From Folioceros fuciformis (taxonomy: Eukaryota), in assembly GCA_049999805.1 (NCBI GenBank), contig JBNGIO010005721.1, positions 43,654 through 80,628 on the forward strand: a stretch of DNA of 36,975 nucleotides, written 5' to 3'. Under the pieces are notes generated by a model, which saw only the letters and a list, made by a program, of their open reading frames with translations, was not told the origin of the DNA and ran no database searches. A program made the position numbers and the translations under genes. Below, in pieces: positions 9,660 to 19,576 of this stretch; within the stretch, counting starts at the first letter, position 1, and each line of letters starts with the position of its first letter.

Positions 9660-11739
9660 CTACCAGCGCCAGAAACTCGACGGTTTATTTGTAATGGGAA
9701 AGTTGGTCAGCACTTTGGGTAAGCTATTTGGGTTGAACTTGCGAGCAAAAAGATGACAAGGTGTCGCAACGCCGCGTATCTTGCAGTGGACATACCTCTT
9801 CCTACCCTGCCAAGCACAAAGCAGACATCTGTGTCACTCAAGTACAACTGCGCCGCGCCTGGAGACGGCAGTGAAATGGGAGAAGAAGTGATGAATATGT
9901 AATTCACACTCACATCATTACTGTCTTTGCGCTCCACCACCTTCACATTCTGCACGGGGATATAAAGTCGGATGTCAGTGCTCAAATCCTGTTAAGATAG
10001 TAACCCTACATAGACCACTGCATTTCCGGAGAGAAAATGCACTACCTGAAGCCGTCGAGCCAAATGTCTTGTGACTTCACTGTGTTGGAATTCATGAGGG
10101 TGCCACAACCCCTCTGACCAGTCCACATACGTCGTACTCCACTTCGCTATACCAGCCGGGTCCATCATCTGAGACACGAGGTCGACATTAAACATGAAGC
10201 GTGATGCTAGGTAGGTATGAATCCACAGGGGATCGACCACTTACATGCAAGAGTGTCTGTGGGTAATGCTCGTCAGGATAGCAATTTTTGTATTCGTCCC
10301 CTTTCTGTTTTCCACCAAGATGTGTCCCACGGTCAACCGAGCAGGCAAGGATTGAGGCTCCTGTGCAATGAAAACGTCTGTACTGTGCACTTGGCCTTCC
10401 TTGCAATCAGTTCATGATAAACCCACCTTGCAGAATTGCCTGAACTTCTCATAGTACAGAGTGTCACTGGCCAGGATTAAAGCATGTCGCCTTTGAATTG
10501 CAAACCACTGCAAAATAGCTCGATTGGCTTGAATCGGGATCAGCGCGAGACCCCGGAAGCCGCAAATGAAGCCAAATGAAACGAAACCAGACAAACCTGA
10601 GATCCTTTTCGCCAGTCAGTGATGAGAACTTCAGGTCCCATGCCCTCCAGATATCGCCCTCTTCCATGTGGACCGGGGTCATCAAAGCTGCAACACGAAC
10701 GCTTGCAGCTCGTCATACACGACTAATCTAACCAGCTGACAAGCAGCAGCAAAACTCAGTGTAAGACTTCTCACCATTCCAAAAAGCTGACGGGGGACCC
10801 CATCAGATAATCGTAGACGAAGTCAAAGTGCCTCAGAGGGACACACCTGTTAAAACCACAACAGGTCTCGGGAGTGTTCAGTAGCGACAGACAGTGCTTA
10901 ATACCTACAACACAACCGGATTTCCTTCACATACTTGTCTGAAAGAAGTACAAAAACTTCATTCGTCTTATCCGCAAGGGCGTGCGACAGCAACCGCCTC
11001 TCACCATCGATCATGTCTATACCGCCCCATGAGATCTGAACAAACACACATCAGAAAGGATTGACTGTCGGGACCACCATCATCGCTCTCCCGACTGCAA
11101 ACCTCCAAACAAATGTCCTGATCAATAAGGCAAACTACAAGGGGTCCACCATACAGCTTCGCTGCGGATATCTCTGCCGAAGAATGGGTCGGTCTTGTAA
11201 TGATTTTCAATGTCGGAGCCATCGTGTCGCGAGCCGTGGACATAAACACTATACCTGCCTTCGTGACCCTGCCCATATCACACCACCAAATCTCAGAGAT
11301 GACCCCGTGCAGATCCCCAAGCAACCTCTGCGACAGCCAGTTCGTCAGCTCCCACAAACTGCCCTTCACAACCCACAAATCCCACCTTGAAAAACTCAGC
11401 CCACGCTTCCTCGAAGGGCAATTCCCCAGGCGTCAGAAACATGAAGGCGACCCGGCCATCAAGATTTCGAGGCAGGCTCAGAACTTCCCTGGCACTCTCT
11501 TGCGCCCTCAGCTCCTCATCCGAATATCCCCGTGACGGACCAGGCAGTTGCTCGTCAAACTGTTCCTGCTCCTGATCCTGACCCTGCCATCGACTACAAA
11601 ACTCTGGGCCAATCCAGTCACAGGGTTGGAACGTCAAGAGGACAGGGGAAAGCGCCCATAACGCTAATGCCCCGACCACCAACACGATCACCAACCCCGA
11701 ACGCCAAACCTTCCGACCCCCCCATTTCTGGATTCTCAT
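9660..11739 (-). CDS. Core-2/I-branching (GT14-like, DUF266/BC10-like) glycosyltransferase, 10 exons
   Basis: Exons on the minus strand: 11739-11386, 11268-11155, 11035-10935, 10846-10775, 10687-10597, 10507-10427, 10304-10245, 10168-10046, 9988-9914, 9806-9660. Motifs include an N-terminal TM anchor, VAFMFLTPGELPFE, ISWGGIDMIDGERRLL, CVPL..FDFVYDYL, WRKGSQWF, NCYPDEHY, VDWSEGLWHP and PCHLFARKF. Confidence 0.92.
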
Positions 11740-12098
11740 CTTCTCTCCCTCCACAAAAACAAATCATGCAACAACTACGTGACTGTAGTGGACTGTCATC
11801 GCCACCAAATGCTTCGAAGTAGAGTGTGAAAGTCGCAACACCAGGTTATTCCTTCCCCACATGTCGCCCGTTCAAAATCCCACTAATCTACAATTTGCAA
11901 TCACCCGAGTGTATAATTTTGACACTCGGCACGCATCCCATCAAAGGAACCACAATCACCTGCCAAGCTCCGGCGTGTTATCCCCGTACTTTCCACCCCC
12001 CAGCAACCTGCAAAGCGGCGGCGTACACAAACCTCCAGGCTTCGCCAATTTCATACGACGAATTACTGACAAAAATGAGCGGACAATCTGAGCCCTTC

Positions 12099-12905
12099 CT
12101 AATCGGAAAACGGAGCTTCCACGGCGTTTATAGACGGAGAAAGCGAGACCAAGTTATTCCTAGGTTGCTGCTCAGAGAAGAGCGTCTTCTTGAGCAAATG
12201 GCGACGGCGCTGCATCCTGAGCAGGATGTGGAACACATTGTCTGTGGCCACGATATGGTAATCAGCCTGACGGTACATGCTGAGCGGCGCGCCGTCCACG
12301 AGCCGGCAGTGGAGGTAGAGATGGTGCCATCCCAGGGTTGCCGTGAGGTGCTCGGCGGCGCGGAGAAGCTGGCGCCCCAGGCCTCGCCGCCGGAACTCCT
12401 TGCGCACAGCCATGTTGCAGAGGTAGGGGACGGGATTTGACGCCACGTCCAGGAGGCAGACCTCCACTGTGCCGACCAGGATCCACTCCTGGCACTGGTA
12501 AAACAGGGCCACCAGGGTGATGGTGTCAGGGAATGTCCGGAGGCGGTCCCGGAGGTACTGCCGGACAGTCAGAGCCAGCAGGGGGCGGTACGTGAGCAAG
12601 CTCCCTCCCATGAGCTCCGCAAACGAGTCCACCAGTACGTCTTCCGTCGCCCTGGCCTGGCCTTCCCGCATGGTCTGGATCACCACGTCGTGCCCGTGCC
12701 AGTACTGAAAGTCCCGCAGCCTGTGTTTTTGCGGTTGCTGCCTCTCCGAAGAATCGCCAGTGGCTGTGGCAAACCCCGGTCGGCGTGACTGCCCGGCCTG
12801 CTTCCTGAGCAATCCCTCTTCCTTCCTGAGCCGGATACGCGCCGGCCGTACCTCCAGGCAGAAGATTGCGCTGTGACCTAGCATCGGCGCTGCTATCGCC
12901 TCCAT
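12099..12905 (-). CDS. Plastid GNAT acetyltransferase, GNAT5-like
   Basis: First ATG at 12905 (the ORF track opens at a GTG at 12938). Motifs VGTVEV, PYLCNMAVRKEFRRRGLGRQLL (acetyl-CoA motif), LYLHCR..D.AP..MY and QRRRHL. Single ORF. Confidence 0.85.
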   Translation of the reverse strand: MEAIAAPMLGHSAIFCLEVRPARIRLRKEEGLLRKQAGQSRRPGFATATGDSSERQQPQKHRLRDFQYWHGHDVVIQTMREGQARATEDVLVDSFAELMGGSLLTYRPLLALTVRQYLRDRLRTFPDTITLVALFYQCQEWILVGTVEVCLLDVASNPVPYLCNMAVRKEFRRRGLGRQLLRAAEHLTATLGWHHLYLHCRLVDGAPLSMYRQADYHIVATDNVFHILLRMQRRRHLLKKTLFSEQQPRNNLVSLSPSINAVEAPFSD

Positions 12906-14072
12906 CTGTGCGGCCAGATCTGGGAATCTCCCGCACACGCCTGTCCTAGTGCTTGCAAAGGCGCAGCGCTGCAGCTTCAGGCGTTCATCAGACAGCCAAT
13001 TCTCCTATCCTCCGCTGCTGCGCCGTCAGGCATCCATCCCTCAGGTGCGTAGAAGACCCCTCCTTTGTGCTTCCCCATCCAGCGCCATAGCTCGGGCAGC
13101 TCCAGAAAGTTACCCGTGCCTGACAATCCACTTCACCGTCCCAAGCTTTTCATGCCGATCACGCGAGTTTTGGCCTTGCATTCATTCCAAGGGCCGTAAT
13201 GGATTCCTGGTTACGGAACCAACTGCCTATCATGCCGTCACATATACACATGTACCTATCTGCCCGGATCCAACCCATTTCATCCGGCGCTATCCATTTC
13301 ACGTCCACATCCTGTCGTTTATGCTCGATGACTTCCAAAGGAGTGTTACCGCGCGGGATATTCTTCAAATGTGGTGAAAGAGACTTCATTATAAAATATG
13401 TTTCTAACGAGGTCAGACAGATTTTATTACATAAACCATGTGAGAAATCATCTACCCGGACGGAATGAACAATTTTGATGAGGTTATCGTCTACACCATG
13501 GTGGCCAATGTTTGCTGGAGGGATATGAAAGTAGGAGTTTAAATTCAATAATATTTCATGGTACGAGCCTTAAGAAACTTAGACAATGTTGTGCCCATAT
13601 CCCTATTGATCTTAATAGTGAGGGGAATGAAGACATGTTTTTGTTGAAGAAGAGAGTATTTACCAACTTTGCCCTCAATGCAACCCTCTTCGGTCCATCC
13701 CAAAAGATTGAGTATGACATATTCACATAGTGACAACCCCTTGGCAAAGAAAGATTGCTCATAGGGAAACACTGTGGAAAAAGTGTAAGAAACGTCATGT
13801 AAGGAAACAAGTCTCTTTCTCTGGGCAATGAGTATATGACCTCGCAACCAACATTACATGTAGCAATGCATTGCACTCTCGTAGGCGACGTGCAAGGAGC
13901 TCTCTCCAGTAGGAGTTTCCAGACTCCCACCTCAATATAGAGGATCCTTGGCTTACTCTTGATAATAAACTTCTAAGAAATTCTTCACATTGAATATGGA
14001 GCTACTCAAGAGGGACGGAGTGTATGAAAAAGTTGGTGACCTTGTTATGTAGGCATCTCACTTCCTAGGGCT

Positions 14073-14424
14073 GTACTCATAAGAACATCTTGTGAAGAGA
14101 CTTCATAGTCCTTGTGTCAAGTTGTGCCACTAAATATTGTACTCATGCTCATAAGACTTCATAGTCTTTGTGTACTCATAGAAACACCTTGTGAAGAGAC
14201 TTCATAGTCTTTGTGTCATATTGTGCCGCTAGTCTTTGTGTCATGCTGTGCCGCTAGTCTTTGTGTCATGTTGTGCTGTTAAACATTGTATTCATGCTCA
14301 CAAGACTTCATAGTCTTTATGTACTCATGGAAACACCTTGTGAAGAGACTTCATAGTCTTTGTGTTATATTGTGCAGCTAGTCTTTGTGTCATGTTGTTG
14401 TGCGGCTAAACATTGTACTCATGC
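14073..14424. repeat. Nested tandem repeat: three units of about 99 bp with variable copies of an internal 25-bp subunit
   Basis: Units start at 14073, 14172 and 14321 (GTACTCAT..AAACACCTTGTGAAGAGACTTCATAGTCTTTGTGTCA...). Periods of 99 and 149 bp are explained by extra AGTCTTTGTGTCATGTTGTGCCGCT copies. Confidence 0.9.
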
Positions 14425-15259
14425 ATTGGTTCATTAGTTAATCATACCATAACATGCCGTGTATATACATATGTTGTGTACTATCTATATTCTTTCAATG
14501 AGCAGCATGTGTACAGTTCGTATTCTTTCAATGAGCTTGTTGCAGCTGTAAGCTTATAAAAGTGAAGAAATGCTTTTCTTAAACACCATAAAAATCTCTA
14601 TGACTTGCATCCACACTTTTCAATGCTATAACTTAGTTTCTCAAAATCCGCACTCAGGTCATGTGATCTTGCACACCTCCTATATGCACACCTTAATTGG
14701 ATTTCCAACAAGAGAATACACCACATAGAGAATTCACCACATGCATCCATATTTCTTTAAGCTGTAGCTTGGCTTCTCTGATCCACAATTTGGTCACTTG
14801 GTCTTGCATACCTCACACTCATACCTTAATTGGATTCCCAATTGTTGACCTGTTAAAAGAATTGGGTCGTGGTCAATATGCCCAATAGGAAAAGCCCACG
14901 ACTACAAGGCATTCCCAAAGAGTTTTTTTTTGCCCGAGGGTGAGAATTCCTATGTCATCCTCTCATACTGGCAATCATAGATGTTGTACAAAGGGTACTA
15001 TGCGAGACACTATGGACGGAAGTCCCATCACTCTTCTTCCGAAATCAAATGCTTCTGAGTCCATACTTAAGTGGCATCCATAAGCCTATGGAATATAGTG
15101 CATATCTTGATTACCACGACTTTGGCTAATTGCATTTAGCCCAAGCTACATGGTTGGCTTAGAGTTGGCAAGAGGGACTTTCTCAAGCGTAGCTGTATTT
15201 TAGTAAGCCTGCTTTTAGTTAGAGAGGCTAAGTGATGGATTTCTTAGTAATACATCCTA

Positions 15260-15357
15260 GCAATCCTCCTCTAACTTAACTTTGAAAAAGGGTATGATAG
15301 AATTGAGTGCAATCCTCCTCTCACTTGATTTTGAAAAAGGGCATGATAGAATTGAGC
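15260..15357. repeat. Direct tandem duplication, 2 x 49 bp
   Basis: GCAATCCTCCTCT.ACTT.A.TTTGAAAAAGGG.ATGATAGAATTGAG at 15260 and 15309. Confidence 0.9.
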
Positions 15358-16497
15358 GGCCATTCTTGTTGATTTGTAAGTGTTTACAATAATTCAGCTT
15401 CGCCCCTTCGTTTTACCTATGAATCTTCATCACTACGCAAGACGTAGGAGCTAGGGTGGCTTTTCATAGTGATATCACAAACAACGTTCCCGATTGAGAG
15501 ATCGGTCTCCCAAGGCTGTCCCCTTGTCTACGCCCTATTCACCATAATCATGATTTGCTTTCTCTTGGCCCAATGTGGCCCGAACTTAAGCTTGAGTTAA
15601 GCCTGTCCTGGGTTGCAACTTGATTCAGGCTAACTTCGAGCAAAAGAGGGAAGAAAAGATACGAGCAGCACCCAAGCAAATCGAAGCCGGGAAGGAGACA
15701 ACTGCACGCTAAGAGACACTAGATTGAAGCGAGAAAGGCCCCGCAAACCTCGTTGCGATAGAGAGAGAGAGAGGCTAGTGTAATTCAAAATCCCTAACTG
15801 TAAGGCCGAGTAAGAAATCATGAATGGGCTTGCTCTTCTACTGGAGTAAGAGTAGAGACTTGGGATAGACGAGCCTGGAAGGAGCGCTAGTCGCGTTACA
15901 AACCTCCTCCTTGACCTGAAAAAAATGCATATATTCTTTATCTGAACAAAATGGAGATACGCATGAGGCATCGTACGAACTTGCTCAAGAGTGGAGACGC
16001 GCAGGAGCCACCCTTGGAGTGGAAGACTTTGGACGAAGATACTGCAAGTGTGCATGTTTTGGCACACATTTATGCAGTACAGCACTGTGAAACAAGGAAA
16101 CATGTGCAAAGAAGGAAATAAAAGCTTTTTGCATGACAGTCCCATGGTGCAAAGCAGCTGAACCTTTCGAACTGCAGACTTTTATGTACTTCAGTGCATA
16201 CCACGACATCCTGCTCATCAGCATCGTGGTTGTCTGTAATTGAGGTTTAGCCGAGTCTGCAGCGTTGGAGGCAATCAGTATCAGAGGTTCTTCTGGAGGT
16301 GTATCAACTTTGATCAAAGCCAAGGCAGGCAAAGATGCTTGGATGAAGAGTTCTATGGAGTGCCTATTGGGATCTATGGTGGCCGTACCTCGTGTCCCCG
16401 TCCAGTGTCGATACCTCTCTCTTCGAGATCAGGACCAGCTCCGGGACAAACTTTGTAATCCAAACAGTTCCAAAAAGTACCTGCCCCTCCTGTTGGG

Positions 16498-19149
16498 TCA
16501 ACGAGGCCGTGGGTGGTAGCCGGCAAAGGGTGAAGCAGTCTTCCCCTGTACATATGGAGGCTCCTCCTCATCATCCAGTATGTTGTTGTGTCTGGAGTCA
16601 AGGTTGGATGAATAGCCCGCTGTCGTAATTTGGACCATAAGATCTCCCAACTTCGCAAAAATACCCTCACATTCGGGATGTTTTCCATCCCCCGCAACAA
16701 ATGCATGTGCATTCCCGCTCATGTCCACCCACCAGCTCTGTCCTGGTTCCTTCCATGCTTGTGATTCTACTCTCCTTGCTTGAATCTTCTTTGCCTCGTC
16801 TGGCATTTGGGCAGCGGCATATATGTTGGACATTAGTGCATATGGAGCAGCGTCACATACATCCGACCTGATTGCAGCTTCAAATGCAATTTGCCCCAGC
16901 TCAACGTGTCCCCACTTTTGACAAGCACCCAGTACACATTTCCAGACTGCACTCTGAGGTTGGAAAGGCATCATCTTCACTATCTCCATGGCTTTCTGGA
17001 CTTGCCCTGCACGTCCCAGGAGATCAACCATGCAATTATAGTGCTGAATTGTCGGGAAGATGCCATACTCTCTGCTCATTGTTTCGAAGTACTTTTCACC
17101 CACGTCCACAAGACCCACATGACTGCACACGCTGAGAATCCCAAGAAATGTAATTCCATCTGGCTTCACACCTTCTTGACCCATCCTGTTGAACAACTGG
17201 AAGACGACTTCACTCTCCCCTTGACGGGCATACCCCACAATCAATGCATTCCATGCGGCAACCTCTCTGGTGGGCATTGCATCAAACACCTGCTGTGCAT
17301 CCAACATGCTGGAACATTTGCCATACATATCAATCAAACTGCTACTCAAAAACGAACCACACTCGAGACCAGCTTGCAGAATTTGGCCATGAATTTGCTT
17401 TCCTTTGCCCAGTCCCGCCATACTACCACAGGCATTCAATACAGCAACGAAGGTTAGACTGTTTGGCACCACACCTTTTTGTTCCATCTGCGCATACAAC
17501 TTCAAAGCCTCTTCACCCTTCTCCATCTCAGCGTACCCTAGGATCAGGGCAGTCCAGGAAACTACATCCCTTTGAGGCATCGCTTCAAACACTCGCCTTG
17601 CATTTTCCAGGCTCCAACACTTTGCATACGCGTCCACCAGCATGGTGCCTACAAATACGTCTGACTCAAACTTTCCAGCCTTCAAATCTGTGTGGATGGT
17701 TGTCACAGTTTCCAGGCATAGTTTCCTGGCATGTATCCAACTATCACCTTCTCTCCTTCCTGATTCTGCAACTATGCTGCAAGCCTTTAGTACACCAACG
17801 TATGTTCGATCATTTGGTACCACACCTTCATGTTGCATTTTTACATACAGTTGTAACGCTTCTTGACCTCTTCCCATCTGGGCATACCCACCGATCAAGG
17901 CATTCCAGGAAACAACATCACGATGAGGCATCACTTCAAAAACCCTTCTAGCATTCTCCAAGCTCCCACATTTTGCATACACGTCCACGAGCATGTTCCC
18001 CACAAATATATTAGAACCAAACTGACCCTTTGCAATATCTGCATGGATCGCTGTGACCGTCTCCAAGCATTCCCGTTTCACAAGTATTCCAGCACCTCCC
18101 TCCCGCTCCCCAAGCTCTGCGATTCTGCTGCAGGCTTTGAGTACAGAAACGTAAGTCCGATCATTCGGATCCACACCCTTTTGTCGCATCTTCCTGTACA
18201 GTTGCAAAGCATCTTCACCTTTGTCCATCAAAGCGTAACCCAATATCATGGCAGTCCAAGATACCACACTGTGTTCAGGCATGTTCTCAAATACTCTTCT
18301 TGCACTCTCCACGCTTCCACATTTAGCATACGCATCGACTAGCATCGTCCCCACAAACGAATTTGACTCAAACCCACTATTCCGAACATCTGCATGGATG
18401 GCTGTTACAGTTTCTAGGCATTGTTCCCTCACAAGAAAACTATCACAGCCACTCTTTTGCCCCGACTCTGCAATAATACTGCAGGCCTTCAGTGCCCCAA
18501 CATATGTTCTTTCGTCCGCCAAGACAGCACCCTCCTGCTGCATCCTCGTAAACACTTGCAAAGCCTCCTTCCCCTTCTCCATCTTGGCGTAACTTGTGAT
18601 CATGGCGTTCCAGGAGACAACATCTCGATGCGGCATTTCCTCAAAAACCCTCCTCGCATTCTCCAAGCTCCCACTTTTGGCATAGGCATCCACAAGCATA
18701 GTGCCTACATACACATCAGTGTCAAACCCACACCTAACCACCTCAGAGTGGATCTCTCTGACACTTTTCAAGTCCTGCAAACTACTGCATGCTTTCAACA
18801 GAGCCACGAAGGTGTGTGACCTTGGTTCCACTCCATCTTTTCGCATTTCTTCATACAGATTTAAAGCTTGTCTCAGTTGTCCCGACTTGGTATGTTGCGA
18901 AATGAGCTCTGTCCAGGAAAATTCCCCCCTCCGAGGTCTGCAACCAGTCACAGAGCTTCTGCTAAGTTCTGTGAAAAGCATAGTCCCACTTACAGCCTGT
19001 ATCTCCCATCGTGAAGTGTTCGTGTCATCCATCCGGAATGGACACTGGACTTTGCCACGTGACAGAGCTCGATGGAGCTGGTCCGAAGGCAATCCATTAT
19101 GGTTAGTCCACCAACTTTCACACCAATTACAAGCACATGAGATAGACAT
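16498..19149 (-). CDS. PLS-class PPR (3 LL-like motifs), E1-E2, truncated WW-type E+ end
   Basis: Long ORF (first ATG at 19149; the track opens at a TTG at 19179) with P-L-S repeats. It ends WKEPGQSWWVD...HAFVAGD..HP...GYSSNLD, with no in-frame HxE/CxxC. Confidence 0.92.
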   Translation of the reverse strand: MSISCACNWCESWWTNHNGLPSDQLHRALSRGKVQCPFRMDDTNTSRWEIQAVSGTMLFTELSRSSVTGCRPRRGEFSWTELISQHTKSGQLRQALNLYEEMRKDGVEPRSHTFVALLKACSSLQDLKSVREIHSEVVRCGFDTDVYVGTMLVDAYAKSGSLENARRVFEEMPHRDVVSWNAMITSYAKMEKGKEALQVFTRMQQEGAVLADERTYVGALKACSIIAESGQKSGCDSFLVREQCLETVTAIHADVRNSGFESNSFVGTMLVDAYAKCGSVESARRVFENMPEHSVVSWTAMILGYALMDKGEDALQLYRKMRQKGVDPNDRTYVSVLKACSRIAELGEREGGAGILVKRECLETVTAIHADIAKGQFGSNIFVGNMLVDVYAKCGSLENARRVFEVMPHRDVVSWNALIGGYAQMGRGQEALQLYVKMQHEGVVPNDRTYVGVLKACSIVAESGRREGDSWIHARKLCLETVTTIHTDLKAGKFESDVFVGTMLVDAYAKCWSLENARRVFEAMPQRDVVSWTALILGYAEMEKGEEALKLYAQMEQKGVVPNSLTFVAVLNACGSMAGLGKGKQIHGQILQAGLECGSFLSSSLIDMYGKCSSMLDAQQVFDAMPTREVAAWNALIVGYARQGESEVVFQLFNRMGQEGVKPDGITFLGILSVCSHVGLVDVGEKYFETMSREYGIFPTIQHYNCMVDLLGRAGQVQKAMEIVKMMPFQPQSAVWKCVLGACQKWGHVELGQIAFEAAIRSDVCDAAPYALMSNIYAAAQMPDEAKKIQARRVESQAWKEPGQSWWVDMSGNAHAFVAGDGKHPECEGIFAKLGDLMVQITTAGYSSNLDSRHNNILDDEEEPPYVQGKTASPFAGYHPRPR

Positions 19150-19576
19150 GTTTTTCAACTGCACGACGGACAGGTGCAATCTTGTTCAGGGGAGTGCTCA
19201 GATCAACGCTTCAACAAGGTGAGCCACGACTATCAAGCTCAAGCTGTTCGCTTCTAGGTGGGCAGTCTCTGTGGCGCTGAGGAGTGCCTTAGCATAGGCG
19301 AGAAGGACCACAAATTGGTCGAGTTCAAACTGGTAGCTGATTGAATCTAGACTTTGATGAAGCAACAGCAATTCCAGCTGTCTACCGAGTGCCCACCAGA
19401 GAAGTATACCAGCAACCGCCTAGCTGGCAGTAGAGCACCACCGATGGTGTTGCCTCCCCGCCATGCCAAATCTGATTCCACATCCCCGGTATTGTGTTGT
19501 TTGTGTACTGGATTCAGTGAGTACATGTCCATCCCCACGTGCGCACTTAGAACGGGTCAACCTGCTCTTGGAATGA

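Noticed and set aside
14073-14424. CRISPR-like repeat array
   Set aside because: The sequences between repeat cores are themselves repeated rather than unique spacers, there are no cas genes, and the context is eukaryotic.
15630-16332. Possible extra spliced exons or a small gene downstream of the first cluster PPR
   Set aside because: Some acceptor-like sites exist, but I could not assemble a consistent reading frame or recognisable protein.
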